This document shows positions 6,079-15,260 of a DNA stretch of 44,420 bases, one piece after another; the stretch's first letter is position 1, and the number at the start of each line of letters is the position of its first letter. The DNA lies in NCBI GenBank assembly GCA_031273725.1, contig JAISRG010000066.1, forward strand, positions 1 through 44,420. Direction: 5' to 3'. The stretch is from Puniceicoccales bacterium. Its GTDB lineage: Bacteria > Verrucomicrobiota > Verrucomicrobiia > Opitutales > JAIRKQ01. The notes beneath the pieces are model-generated. The model was not told the origin of the DNA and searched no databases. It worked only from the letters and a program-made list of their open reading frames with translations. The translations under genes and the position numbers were made by a program.

Positions 6079-8658
6079 ATGAAAAATTTACCAAAATTAT
6101 TCCTATTTGTAGTATTAATTTTTTATCGAATTATCTGTCTGGCGGAGGATAAACCGGCAAATGAAGTTGAAGAGACAGCCGATTTCATCGCCATAGATAT
6201 TAATTTTAGTGGCGAATTTGAATCTTTGGTAAATAGTGGAAATGGGGCATATAAAATTGGGGTTTTTGCCCTTGCTAAAAAATTTTTCATGGAAGCGCTC
6301 AAGGTAAAAAATTTATCCAACGATCAAAAATATGTGGCCTATACAGGCTTTTTGGAATCTTGCCTGGCTTCTGGGGAATTTTCGGAAGCAATGGATCGGT
6401 TTGATGCAATTTCGAAATTAACACATATCGATATCAACCACCGAAAACCTAAAAATAGATTTCTGTTAAATGTTGCGATTGTAGCTTGTTTAAAGCACGA
6501 TTTTGCGGCGGCAAGTAAAATTTTACTAAAATTGGACGTAAAAACTTTCGAAGGCAACGAACTCGCGTGGTATCACGCCATTAAAAGCATTATATTTGCC
6601 ATGACTGCCAACTTTGAAGAAATGGAAAATAACCTGGAGGAAGCCAAAAAACATTCCACATCGGTAGACCAATCCGCCAACATCCAAGCATTTGTAATTC
6701 AGTTTTTATTGCAATTTCCAACGCACTCAACGGCCATAAACAATCTTCTCGGTACTACCCGTGCAACATATAAAAAATATAAACTGCAAAAAGCCAGCTA
6801 TCCGTTTGTAAAAACCTATGCCCTGCTATTAATTCATAGTGGAAATGAGAAAAAAGCAAAGAAGCTATTGGATGCGCAAATCGCGAACATAAAAAATTTA
6901 GATGTGCAAAATTTGCAATCGTTTTACCTGTATCGTGCCATTGCCGATGGCCTATGTTCCACAAGTGGTCTGAATACTGTCCTAGAATTGCTATTGTCTT
7001 CGGCCAACGACGAACTAAAAAAACAGGCGCTAAAGTTGCTCCTCCTGTTGGTAGAAAATACAAATCAGCGGATGGATGCTATCAAAATGTTGTCGGATAT
7101 AAAACTACAACCAGCCGTGTCAAAAAGCATAATGCGTAATATTTTATTTGCCAAACTCCGATTGGCAATCGATGCTGAAAATCTCGCCGTTGCCCAGCGA
7201 ATAGCTGAAGAAATCGTTCTCAAGTATCCAAAGGAAATTCTTATCAAAAATATCTATTATGCCCTTGCATATTTGGCCTGGCAACAGGAACCGAAAGATT
7301 ACAGAATGTCTGCCCACTATCTTGGAAAGATGCGGGATATTGTTTCAGACGGCATAGAAAAGGTCGAAATAGCAATACAGATCGGCAATGCTTTCTATTT
7401 AAGTGAAGCCTACGATATCGCTGCCCATGTCTACGAAGAAGTTTTAAGGACAAATGTACGCAATGTGAAGTATGATAAGATACTGTGTCAACTGATTCAG
7501 GCTGATATTAAGTCCAAAAACTTGGTATTGGCAGAGCAACATTTACAAAATTTTCGCCAATCCCACAATTTGCTCACGGAATATCGATGGCATGCAGAAT
7601 TATTGTATATCAATGCCCTCGTCCGGAATAATAACCAGCAGCAGGCCATGGAATATTTATCCATGCTTCTGGATACGTATGCACACAAAATTCACCCATT
7701 TTATCTGGTAAAATTTTATTTGCTCCAATCGCACTCGCTGTTTTTGAAACAGAGTTATCAGAGAGCCCATATCGCAGCAACCAATATTTGTGAAATCTTT
7801 CCGACTAAAAGTAGTTCCGCCGAAATTTCCCAAATCGTTGGAAAAGCATTATTCATTAAGGGAGTTTGCGAATTTAAGTCGCAGAACAAGGATGCTGCCT
7901 TTCTAACATTTAAACGGCTGAGGTCGGAGTATGCCGAACAGGAAGTCGCAATGTTGTCATATTTCGAAGAAGCAGAGTATTTTTTCAAAGCTGGCAATGT
8001 TTCAGAAGCGTGCAATGTTCTTCGCCTATGTGCGGAATCCAATTGCACATACTCCCCATTTGCATATTATCGATGCGCCGAGTATTGCAAATCGCTTGGC
8101 ATAACCCATTACGATGAAGCAATTACATATTTGTCGACTTTGATTTCAAAATATGGAAACCATGAAATCATATATGCGGTGCATTTGGAACTCGCAGATT
8201 TACTGCGACTGAGCGGAAGATTTAGTGATGCGCAACTGGTATATGAGGAACTGCTAAAAGATTTTCCATTCGATGGGAGGTACTATTTTACCGAGTTTTG
8301 TCTGGCGAAAGCAATGTTCGCCCAGAGAAATAAAAGCGATTTATTTGTAGAACGCGCCAGAGCGATCCTCGAACGGCTATATTCCGTTGCTATTTCTGAC
8401 CGATCTTTGCACATAGAGATTGCCGCCACATACTGCTTTGTCCTACAAGCGAGTTCATTGACCGACGAAATGAAGAAATTTGCATGGGAAACCTTACTAT
8501 CTTCAATGTCAGGAGAAAATCCTTTGACCAAAAATGATGTCTACTGGCTTATGCAAGTTGCAAACTTTCTCGTGGATTACTATGCCACCAGTCCGAATGA
8601 TTTGGAGGTTGAAACATTGCAAACAATGATAAACAAATTGAAAACTGTTACTTCTTGA
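6079..8658 (+). CDS. Secreted all-helical TPR-like repeat protein (859 aa), function unknown
   Basis: N-terminal signal-like segment MKNLPKLFLFVVLIFYRIICLAEDK, then helical-repeat-like sequence (A/Y/L-rich pairs) throughout. It sits tightly between glmS (8-nt gap) and uppP (10-nt gap). Confidence 0.75.
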   Translation: MKNLPKLFLFVVLIFYRIICLAEDKPANEVEETADFIAIDINFSGEFESLVNSGNGAYKIGVFALAKKFFMEALKVKNLSNDQKYVAYTGFLESCLASGEFSEAMDRFDAISKLTHIDINHRKPKNRFLLNVAIVACLKHDFAAASKILLKLDVKTFEGNELAWYHAIKSIIFAMTANFEEMENNLEEAKKHSTSVDQSANIQAFVIQFLLQFPTHSTAINNLLGTTRATYKKYKLQKASYPFVKTYALLLIHSGNEKKAKKLLDAQIANIKNLDVQNLQSFYLYRAIADGLCSTSGLNTVLELLLSSANDELKKQALKLLLLLVENTNQRMDAIKMLSDIKLQPAVSKSIMRNILFAKLRLAIDAENLAVAQRIAEEIVLKYPKEILIKNIYYALAYLAWQQEPKDYRMSAHYLGKMRDIVSDGIEKVEIAIQIGNAFYLSEAYDIAAHVYEEVLRTNVRNVKYDKILCQLIQADIKSKNLVLAEQHLQNFRQSHNLLTEYRWHAELLYINALVRNNNQQQAMEYLSMLLDTYAHKIHPFYLVKFYLLQSHSLFLKQSYQRAHIAATNICEIFPTKSSSAEISQIVGKALFIKGVCEFKSQNKDAAFLTFKRLRSEYAEQEVAMLSYFEEAEYFFKAGNVSEACNVLRLCAESNCTYSPFAYYRCAEYCKSLGITHYDEAITYLSTLISKYGNHEIIYAVHLELADLLRLSGRFSDAQLVYEELLKDFPFDGRYYFTEFCLAKAMFAQRNKSDLFVERARAILERLYSVAISDRSLHIEIAATYCFVLQASSLTDEMKKFAWETLLSSMSGENPLTKNDVYWLMQVANFLVDYYATSPNDLEVETLQTMINKLKTVTS

Positions 8659-8668
8659 CACCCATAGT

Positions 8669-9589
8669 ATGAAAAAATTTTTATTAGCCGTTGCCGTGAC
8701 CATGGCATTTCTAACCAATTCTTGCGGTGAAGATATTTTTACAACGAAAGAGTCTATCATCCTTGGAATTACCCAGGGGACGACGGAATTTTTACCAATT
8801 TCATCGACCGGGCACCTAATATTGGTCGACCAGTTTCTTTTGAACAAAGAGCCTTTGCCATCCGACGATATTGGCAACATAAAAGCTTTGAAGGCGCAGG
8901 CCAAAAATGCTTATTTTGCAATAATTCAGTTTGGATCCATTCTAGCCGTATTATTTTTATACAGGCGTAGATTCGTTGACATGTTTCTTGGTCTGTTTGG
9001 CCACAATTATCATGGGCGCAATTTGATGCTCAATTTGGTCGCATCATTCCTGCCAGTAGCCATAATTGGACCGTTTATAAGTGGATGGTTGCAAAGGACA
9101 TTATACCACGCCCTTCCCGTTGCCATCGCCCTAATCATTGGCAGCATAATTATGATCCGCATTGAAAAATCCTACAATAAAAAGCGGGTAAAAAGCTACG
9201 GAAAAATTGACAATCTAACATTTGCCAAAAGCTTTTCCATCGGCCTTTGGCAATGCTTAGCTTTCATCCCTGGAACAAGCAGGTCAATGGCAACCATCGT
9301 TGGCGGCTACCAGTGTGGATTGCGCAGGTCGGAAGCGGCAGAATATAGTTTTCTACTTGGTTTCGTAACGCTATCTGCGGCGACCACCTACGAATTAGTA
9401 AAAGACTTTAATGTCATATTTTCATATTTTAGCGTAAAGACATTTTTGCTAGGAATCATCGTAGCCTGCATATCGTCCATGGTGGCAATAAAATTTTTGA
9501 TTTCCTTTATTTCACGCAATGGGATGGTAATTTTTGCCTGGTACAGAATTGTTTTGGCAATTCTAGTTTTTTGCAGTTTTTTCCATTAA
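8669..9589 (+). CDS. uppP: Undecaprenyl-diphosphate phosphatase (BacA/UppP family)
   Basis: Contains the BacA motifs GITQGTTEFLPISSTGHL and PGTSRSMATI and is polytopic. It carries an extra N-terminal hydrophobic segment of about 30 aa. Confidence 0.9.
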   Translation: MKKFLLAVAVTMAFLTNSCGEDIFTTKESIILGITQGTTEFLPISSTGHLILVDQFLLNKEPLPSDDIGNIKALKAQAKNAYFAIIQFGSILAVLFLYRRRFVDMFLGLFGHNYHGRNLMLNLVASFLPVAIIGPFISGWLQRTLYHALPVAIALIIGSIIMIRIEKSYNKKRVKSYGKIDNLTFAKSFSIGLWQCLAFIPGTSRSMATIVGGYQCGLRRSEAAEYSFLLGFVTLSAATTYELVKDFNVIFSYFSVKTFLLGIIVACISSMVAIKFLISFISRNGMVIFAWYRIVLAILVFCSFFH

Positions 9590-9694
9590 TCCATCGAAAA
9601 TACGGGCATTAAAATTCGCAACGCATAAATTTTTCACAAAAATTCTTGATTTTTGTTACTTATCCATTAAGCCGTTTACCCTAGTCGGAGAAAC

Positions 9695-9931
9695 ATGGCC
9701 AGAATTTGTATAATAACCGGAAAAACTCGTAGCACAGGACGCCACATCATTCGCAGGGGGCAATCTAAGAAGAGTGGAGGCATTGGTACGCACGTTGTAA
9801 AGCGAACGAAACGTTTGTTCAAACCAAATTTGCAACATATCCGCGTATTATTGCCAAGCGGGCAAGTGAAGCGGGTTTGGGTAGCGGTTAAAGCCATAAA
9901 AGCAGGGCTTGTGCAAAAGGTCGTTTCCTAG
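9695..9931 (+). CDS. rpmB: 50S ribosomal protein L28
   Basis: MARICIITGKTRSTGRHI...RLFKPNLQ is the typical L28 sequence and size (78 aa). Confidence 0.9.
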   Translation: MARICIITGKTRSTGRHIIRRGQSKKSGGIGTHVVKRTKRLFKPNLQHIRVLLPSGQVKRVWVAVKAIKAGLVQKVVS

Positions 9932-9998
9932 TAGAATTGGAAGGCATCTGGCGAGCTAGCCAATTATTCTCTTTTTGTCATTTACGGGAGCAGTTGTA

Positions 9999-11267
9999 AT
10001 GTTGTCACTAGAAAGTTTGCGAAAAAATCCCGATGGAATAAAATCCGGCGTTGGCAAAAAAAAGTTTCGGTGCGACGTTGGTAAATTTCTGGAAGTAGAT
10101 GCCCAACGGAGGCGCCATGTGTCTGAATTTGAAGTTTTGAGAGCTGAACAAAAATCAAAAAATGATAAAATGGCAGCTTTAGAAAAGGGATCCACGGAAT
10201 TTTTGAACATTATCGCTGACTTGAAAAATCTTTCATCGAGGGTAAAGGATGCCGAAGCAAAGATTCGGAAAATCGATGGGGAGTGGCAAGAGTTATACCT
10301 ATCTATTCCTAACATTCCCCATGAATCAGTTCCCGTTGGAAAAACAGAAAAGGATAATGTAACGGTTGCAACATGGAGATCCATTGAAGACATATCGCCC
10401 CATGCGATGCCGCACTATGAAATTCCATGGTTTTCGAATGCTATTGATTTTCAACGGGGTGTAAAAGTAACCGGCGCAGGCTTTCCATTTTATATTGGCG
10501 ATATGGCTCGATTTGTTCGTGCTCTTCTAAGCTTTTTCTTGGATGAGGCGAAAAATAATGGTTATACGGAGTTCATGTGTCCCATTTTGGTTAACCCGGA
10601 TAGTGCTACGGCAACTGGCCAGCTGCCAGACAAGGAAGGGATGATGTACCACGATGCCGGGGACAACCTCTACTGCATCCCTACCGCCGAGGTTCCGGTA
10701 ACGAATTTTTTTCGCGATGAAATTTTCGAAGAAGAAGAATTGCCAATTTTCCGTTGCGGTTATACGCCATGTTTTCGCCGTGAAGCGGGAAGCTGGGGGA
10801 AAGATGTCCGCGGATTGAATAGATTGCATCAATTCGATAAGGTCGAACTGGTAAAATGGGTTCATCCCGACAGCAGCTTTCAGGAACTTGAAAATTTGAG
10901 GGCAGACGCAGAAAGAATCCTACAAAAATTGGAAATCCCTTACCGCGTATTGTCCATTTGTACGGGAGACATAGGGTTTGCCCATTCCAAGCAGTATGAT
11001 TTGGAAGTGTGGTCAGGCGGACAAAAGCGCTGGCTCGAAGTATCCAGCTGCAGCAATTTTACAGATTTTCAAGCACGGCGTGCTAGAATAAAGTTCCGAT
11101 CCAGAGCCGATGGGAAGGTACACCACGTTCACACCCTTAACGGATCCGGTCTGGCAATCCCACGGGTGCTGGCCGCCATATTGGAAAATAATCTGCAGAG
11201 TAATTTTTCAGTAAAAGTCCCGGCTATTTTGGTACAGTATTTCGGAAAAGAATATTTAAAATTCTAG
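9999..11267 (+). CDS. serS: Seryl-tRNA synthetase
   Basis: N-terminal coiled-coil arm plus class II core (...FRREAGSWGKDVRGLNRLHQFDKVE..., ...TLNGSGLAIPRVLAAILEN). The track start at 9975 is a TTG; the ATG at 9999 gives the usual MLSLESLRKNPD N-terminus. Confidence 0.93.
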   Translation: MLSLESLRKNPDGIKSGVGKKKFRCDVGKFLEVDAQRRRHVSEFEVLRAEQKSKNDKMAALEKGSTEFLNIIADLKNLSSRVKDAEAKIRKIDGEWQELYLSIPNIPHESVPVGKTEKDNVTVATWRSIEDISPHAMPHYEIPWFSNAIDFQRGVKVTGAGFPFYIGDMARFVRALLSFFLDEAKNNGYTEFMCPILVNPDSATATGQLPDKEGMMYHDAGDNLYCIPTAEVPVTNFFRDEIFEEEELPIFRCGYTPCFRREAGSWGKDVRGLNRLHQFDKVELVKWVHPDSSFQELENLRADAERILQKLEIPYRVLSICTGDIGFAHSKQYDLEVWSGGQKRWLEVSSCSNFTDFQARRARIKFRSRADGKVHHVHTLNGSGLAIPRVLAAILENNLQSNFSVKVPAILVQYFGKEYLKF

Positions 11268-11320
11268 AAAGTTGTTTTCATGCTGAAATTGCATTTATTT
11301 TCATAACTTGCACGAAATCT

Positions 11321-12844
11321 ATGGACGAAAAAAAGTTATCCAATGGAGAAAATAAATCCGAAAGAAATGCGATATCTCCTACGCGTGAGGAAGATTTTCC
11401 AGAATGGTATCAGCAGGTAATTAGGGCAGCGGATTTGGCCGATAACAGTCCTGTTCGAGGCTGCATGGTAATCCGTCCCTGGGGATATGCCATTTGGGAA
11501 TTGATTCAAAAATATCTCGATGGAATGTTCAAGGCCACGGGACACAAAAATGCCTATTTCCCCCTTTTCATTCCATTGAAGTATTTTGAAAAGGAGGCGA
11601 CGCATGTGGAAGGCTTTGCAAAGGAATGTGCGATCGTTACGCATACCCGTTTGCAGTCTGATGGGAAAGGTGGCCTAAAGCCGACTTCCGAACTAGATGA
11701 GCCATTGATCGTTCGTCCGACCTCCGAAACGATCATAGGAGAGATGTTTGCCAAATGGGTACAATCCTACCGTGATTTGCCGATAAAGATTAACCAATGG
11801 GCGAATGTTGTTCGCTGGGAAATGCGCACGAGGATGTTTCTGCGCACGACGGAATTTCTATGGCAGGAGGGCCATACTGTCCACGCCACCAGTGAAGAAG
11901 CTCAAAAGGAAGCCCTGGATATGCTGGAATGCTACAGGACTTTTGCCGAAGATTACATGGCAATACCAGTGATTTGTGGAAAAAAATCAGAATCGGAGAA
12001 ATTTCCTGGCGCCGTTTCGACGTTCACGTTTGAAGCGATGATGCAAGATGGGAAAGCTTTGCAGGCTGGAACCTCACATTTTCTCGGCCAAAATTTTGCA
12101 AAATCGTCGAACATAAAATTTACCAATGAAAATGGCCATGAAGAATTTGGATGGACGACATCCTGGGGCGTAACCACAAGACTAATCGGTGGCCTGATCA
12201 TGGCACATTCCGACGACAATGGCCTCGTTTTGCCACCCCACATAGCCCCGACGCAAATCGTCATTTTGCCAATTTATAGGGAAGATTCCAAACAACAAGT
12301 CCTTGCATATTGCCAAACTTTGCAAACGAAATTGTCGCAAACGACCCTGGGGAATGAAAAGTTGCGTGTTGAGATCGACGATCGTGACATTCGTGGCGGA
12401 GAAAAATCCTGGGAGTGGGTTAAAAAAGGTGTTCCCATTCGAATTGAAATTGGTCCACGGGATATGCAGAATGGTTCAATCTGCGTTTACAGGCGTAACA
12501 AATCTCCCAGGGAAAAGGAATTCATTCCCGTTGAGCAATTCATTCGCTCGGCAGCTGAAATACTAGCAGATATCCATACAGCGTTATTCAAACGTGCTCA
12601 AAAATATCGGGAAGAAAAGTCAAAGCACATAAATTCCCAAGAAGAATTTGTTGAATTTTTTAAACAGAAAAATCCAGGCTTTGCATATGCCCATTGGTGT
12701 TGTGACGGTGCCATCGAAGAAAAAATGAAATCGGAACTTGGCATAACAATTCGATGTTTACCGTTCTCGGAAACCTCTCCCGGAACATGTATTTTTACCG
12801 GTAACCCAAGCAAACAGAAGGTCATCTGGGCCAAAAGCTACTAG
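11321..12844 (+). CDS. proS: Prolyl-tRNA synthetase, archaeal/eukaryote-like short type
   Basis: Motifs WYQQVIRAADL..., RPTSETIIGEMF and WEMRTRMFLRTTEFLWQEGHT, with no bacterial-type editing insertion. The C-terminus ends in ...WAKSY. Confidence 0.93.
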   Translation: MDEKKLSNGENKSERNAISPTREEDFPEWYQQVIRAADLADNSPVRGCMVIRPWGYAIWELIQKYLDGMFKATGHKNAYFPLFIPLKYFEKEATHVEGFAKECAIVTHTRLQSDGKGGLKPTSELDEPLIVRPTSETIIGEMFAKWVQSYRDLPIKINQWANVVRWEMRTRMFLRTTEFLWQEGHTVHATSEEAQKEALDMLECYRTFAEDYMAIPVICGKKSESEKFPGAVSTFTFEAMMQDGKALQAGTSHFLGQNFAKSSNIKFTNENGHEEFGWTTSWGVTTRLIGGLIMAHSDDNGLVLPPHIAPTQIVILPIYREDSKQQVLAYCQTLQTKLSQTTLGNEKLRVEIDDRDIRGGEKSWEWVKKGVPIRIEIGPRDMQNGSICVYRRNKSPREKEFIPVEQFIRSAAEILADIHTALFKRAQKYREEKSKHINSQEEFVEFFKQKNPGFAYAHWCCDGAIEEKMKSELGITIRCLPFSETSPGTCIFTGNPSKQKVIWAKSY

Positions 12845-12945
12845 CATAATTTTGGTAAAACTTCACCTGAAATTGCAAAACAAATCTTTTGCGCCTGTGG
12901 CAATTGTTCATTTCCCGGACAAATTTCGTATTTTTTTATTTTATA

Positions 12946-12973
12946 TTGACAACGTTTTTGACGGAATTACGTT
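12946..12973 (+). promoter_or_regulatory. Sigma70-like promoter upstream of the 189-aa orphan
   Basis: TTGACA (12946..12951), 16-nt spacer, TACGTT (12968..12973), lying 24 nt before the ATG at 12998. Confidence 0.4.
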
Positions 12974-12997
12974 CACCCTTTCTTCCAAGAAATTATC

Positions 12998-13567
12998 ATG
13001 GTTATAGGTATGAATACAACAACAACACAATATGTCCCAAACGGAAGTTCTACATATGTTGGGAATCCCCCACCTTCTTCGTCGTTGTACGATGGGGAAG
13101 AAATCGACGATGACAATGCATGTGATTTTAGCGCAGAATGCCATTCTCCGATACAAATTGATATTCACCAGGCAGAGACCACAGCGACGGAACTTGTGGC
13201 AAGAGTACCTGAAGAGAGATGTAACTCAGTGGAAACGCAACCCAACACGGAAGTTCGATTGGAGACAGAAGAAGCTATTCTGCAACCACACACAGAATCA
13301 CAAAGTAATGCGGGAAAATTAGTTTGTCCAGAGGATGATGTAAATAGTCCAAACGTAGCAAATACATTTTTTTCAGAGTCAGTTTCAAGATTGACTTCAG
13401 AATTAGTACGTAGCGCTAATTTGAATATCTCGACCCTTAACGTTTATAGCAATTCCCTTCGAGAGCAAATGCAACAATATGCACGTAAAATAGAAAACTG
13501 TCAAAAAATAATTGAAGATTACCATGATATACTCTTACGTACCAGGGAAATCATAGGAAATGTGTAA
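12998..13567 (+). CDS. Orphan acidic protein (189 aa): low-complexity N-terminal two thirds, helical C-terminus
   Basis: ORF with no TM segment or signal peptide. The N-terminus is T/S/P-rich (MNTTTTQYVPNGSSTYVGNPPPSSS), the centre is acidic, and the C-terminal ~60 aa are heptad-like. I recognise no family. An alternative ATG lies at 13010. Confidence 0.55.
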   Translation: MVIGMNTTTTQYVPNGSSTYVGNPPPSSSLYDGEEIDDDNACDFSAECHSPIQIDIHQAETTATELVARVPEERCNSVETQPNTEVRLETEEAILQPHTESQSNAGKLVCPEDDVNSPNVANTFFSESVSRLTSELVRSANLNISTLNVYSNSLREQMQQYARKIENCQKIIEDYHDILLRTREIIGNV

Positions 13568-13755
13568 AAACCATAGATTAAAAATAAATTTTAAGCGATT
13601 AAAGTTTCGATGATTGACTGTTTTTTGAGCAACCTTTTTTCGGTATTCGGAGTCATATTTTGCTTGGGCCGTGCGATGGGTGCAACCCTCTAGGATAAAC
13701 ATGCAAAAAAAACCTTGATTTTTCGCTTATTGTCCATTTATTCCACTTAATTCAT

Positions 13756-14070
13756 ATGAAGGCAGTTATTAGGACACAGGGCAAACAGTTTGCCGTACAG
13801 GAAGGTGACATTTTGTTTGTTGATCGATACGTTGGTTCTTCTGCTGGAGATGAAGTGGTAATAGGTGATATTTTGTTACTCGGTGAAGGTGATGATACCA
13901 AAATAGGAGCTCCTTTGGTCGCAGGAGCTAGCGTTAAAGTAAAGATTTTAGAAAACAAGCGCGCCAAAAAGGTAATGATTTTCAAAAAGAAGCGCCGCAA
14001 GGGGTATCAACGTAAACGTGGACATCGCCAAGAAGTATCGGTGATTAGGGTAGAGTCAATCCAAAGTTAA
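13756..14070 (+). CDS. rplU: 50S ribosomal protein L21
   Basis: [24 protein letters not shown]... is typical L21, and it lies directly upstream of rpmA as in most bacteria. Confidence 0.93.
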   Translation: MKAVIRTQGKQFAVQEGDILFVDRYVGSSAGDEVVIGDILLLGEGDDTKIGAPLVAGASVKVKILENKRAKKVMIFKKKRRKGYQRKRGHRQEVSVIRVESIQS

Positions 14071-14082
14071 GCGAGGTTTATT

Positions 14083-14337
14083 ATGGCACATAAGAAGGGA
14101 CAAGGGACATCCAGAAATGGACGAGATAGTGCGGGCAGAAGGCTTGGGGTCAAGAAATATGATGGAGAAGCTGTTCGTGCTGGAAATATTTTGATGCGTC
14201 AACGGGGGACAAAGATTCATCCTGGAAATAACGTTGGTTGCGGGCGTGATCACACATTATTTGCTCTCATCGATGGAATTGTTAAGTGGGACGGCAAACA
14301 TCGCAGGGTAGCTATAAAAGGACTTGAAGTTTCGTAG
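14083..14337 (+). CDS. rpmA: 50S ribosomal protein L27
   Basis: [29 protein letters not shown]... is typical L27. Confidence 0.93.
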   Translation: MAHKKGQGTSRNGRDSAGRRLGVKKYDGEAVRAGNILMRQRGTKIHPGNNVGCGRDHTLFALIDGIVKWDGKHRRVAIKGLEVS

Positions 14338-14602
14338 ACAAAATCCGTTATCTCTTTGGTTCAAACATTCCATGGAGTTTTGTTTGGCCGCAGTTTAAAA
14401 CTGGCATCTTATTGTTTAGATGCCCACACGAATACCAATCTTTGCATTTGGTTTAAAAAAGTATTATGCCGTACTAAAAGGCCCCACATTCTGAAGGAGA
14501 TTGTAATGGAAAGGCAGTTGTGGAAATCGACGGAGGAAGCCAAGAGTGCCACATTAATAGTGCAGCATGGGACAGTATAGCTCCCAAATATGTGAAAATA
14601 TT

Positions 14603-15091
14603 TTATGCCTCATATTGTTCTCTCAGGGCTGGATCAGGTGCTTTACACCAATCTATCAACATGCTTTCTATGGATGGCCAAAGCATAGCCAACGAAGCAG
14701 CCCAGGAACCATAGGCGACTGCATTATTGTCCTGAACACACAATATTATTCCCAATAGCGTCCCACCAATACCCAAAGCTATCCTGCCATATTTAGATCC
14801 GCGTACAATTGTTGCTTGCTGAGGATTCAAGTGATTTCGTGGCTCCACTTGGTCGACTACAAATTGCTCTCCATTCATATGACCAGTTACAACGAGAGTA
14901 ACCGCCCTTTCATCCAATGGTCTTTCTTCGACCACCAATTCAGCTGAATTTCTATTGGCAAGTTCTCGTATGCCTTGCATTTGTCTCACAGCTCTTGGAT
15001 TCCATGTTACCTCTCTCGCTTGTCCTTGCAATTCGTGATAAGCTCCCGGCATACCAAAATTAACAGGGTTAGCGCTAGTATCAATATCCAT
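14603..15091 (-). CDS. Orphan membrane protein (162 aa) with a single two-helix hydrophobic hairpin
   Basis: Strong AGGAGG SD (15097..15102 on +) 5 nt before the ATG, plus a canonical promoter. The ~105-aa polar N-terminal part is followed by IALGIGGTLLGIILCV-QDNNAV-AYGSWAASLAMLWPSI and a short tail. Confidence 0.65.
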   Translation of the reverse strand: MDIDTSANPVNFGMPGAYHELQGQAREVTWNPRAVRQMQGIRELANRNSAELVVEERPLDERAVTLVVTGHMNGEQFVVDQVEPRNHLNPQQATIVRGSKYGRIALGIGGTLLGIILCVQDNNAVAYGSWAASLAMLWPSIESMLIDWCKAPDPALREQYEA

Positions 15092-15123
15092 TTATTCCTC
15101 CTATTTTTGAAAAAACTTCATCG

Positions 15124-15151
15124 ACTGTATTCATATTGTTACTAATGTCAA
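15124..15151 (-). promoter_or_regulatory. Sigma70-like promoter of the 162-aa hairpin-membrane orphan
   Basis: On the minus strand: TTGACA (15151..15146), 16-nt spacer, TACAGT (15129..15124). Confidence 0.45.
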
Positions 15152-15260
15152 ATTTTTAACAATAAAAATGGAAATTAATTCGAAGGAAAAAATTCCATTG
15201 GATCGTAACAAATCCATTGTCTTTTTTACAAAAATTCTAAAAATAGTAGTAATTTAGGGG

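Noticed and set aside
8669-8740. Lipoprotein signal on UppP (…AFLTNSC)
   Set aside because: The residues before the Cys (T-N-S) fit the lipobox consensus poorly. The segment is more simply an extra N-terminal TM helix.
15167-15199. Inverted repeat aatggaa-N19-ttccatt in the divergent region between the 162-aa gene and fbaB
   Set aside because: The arms are only 7 bp in AT-rich DNA, which is within chance expectation. No second copy was found elsewhere in the window.
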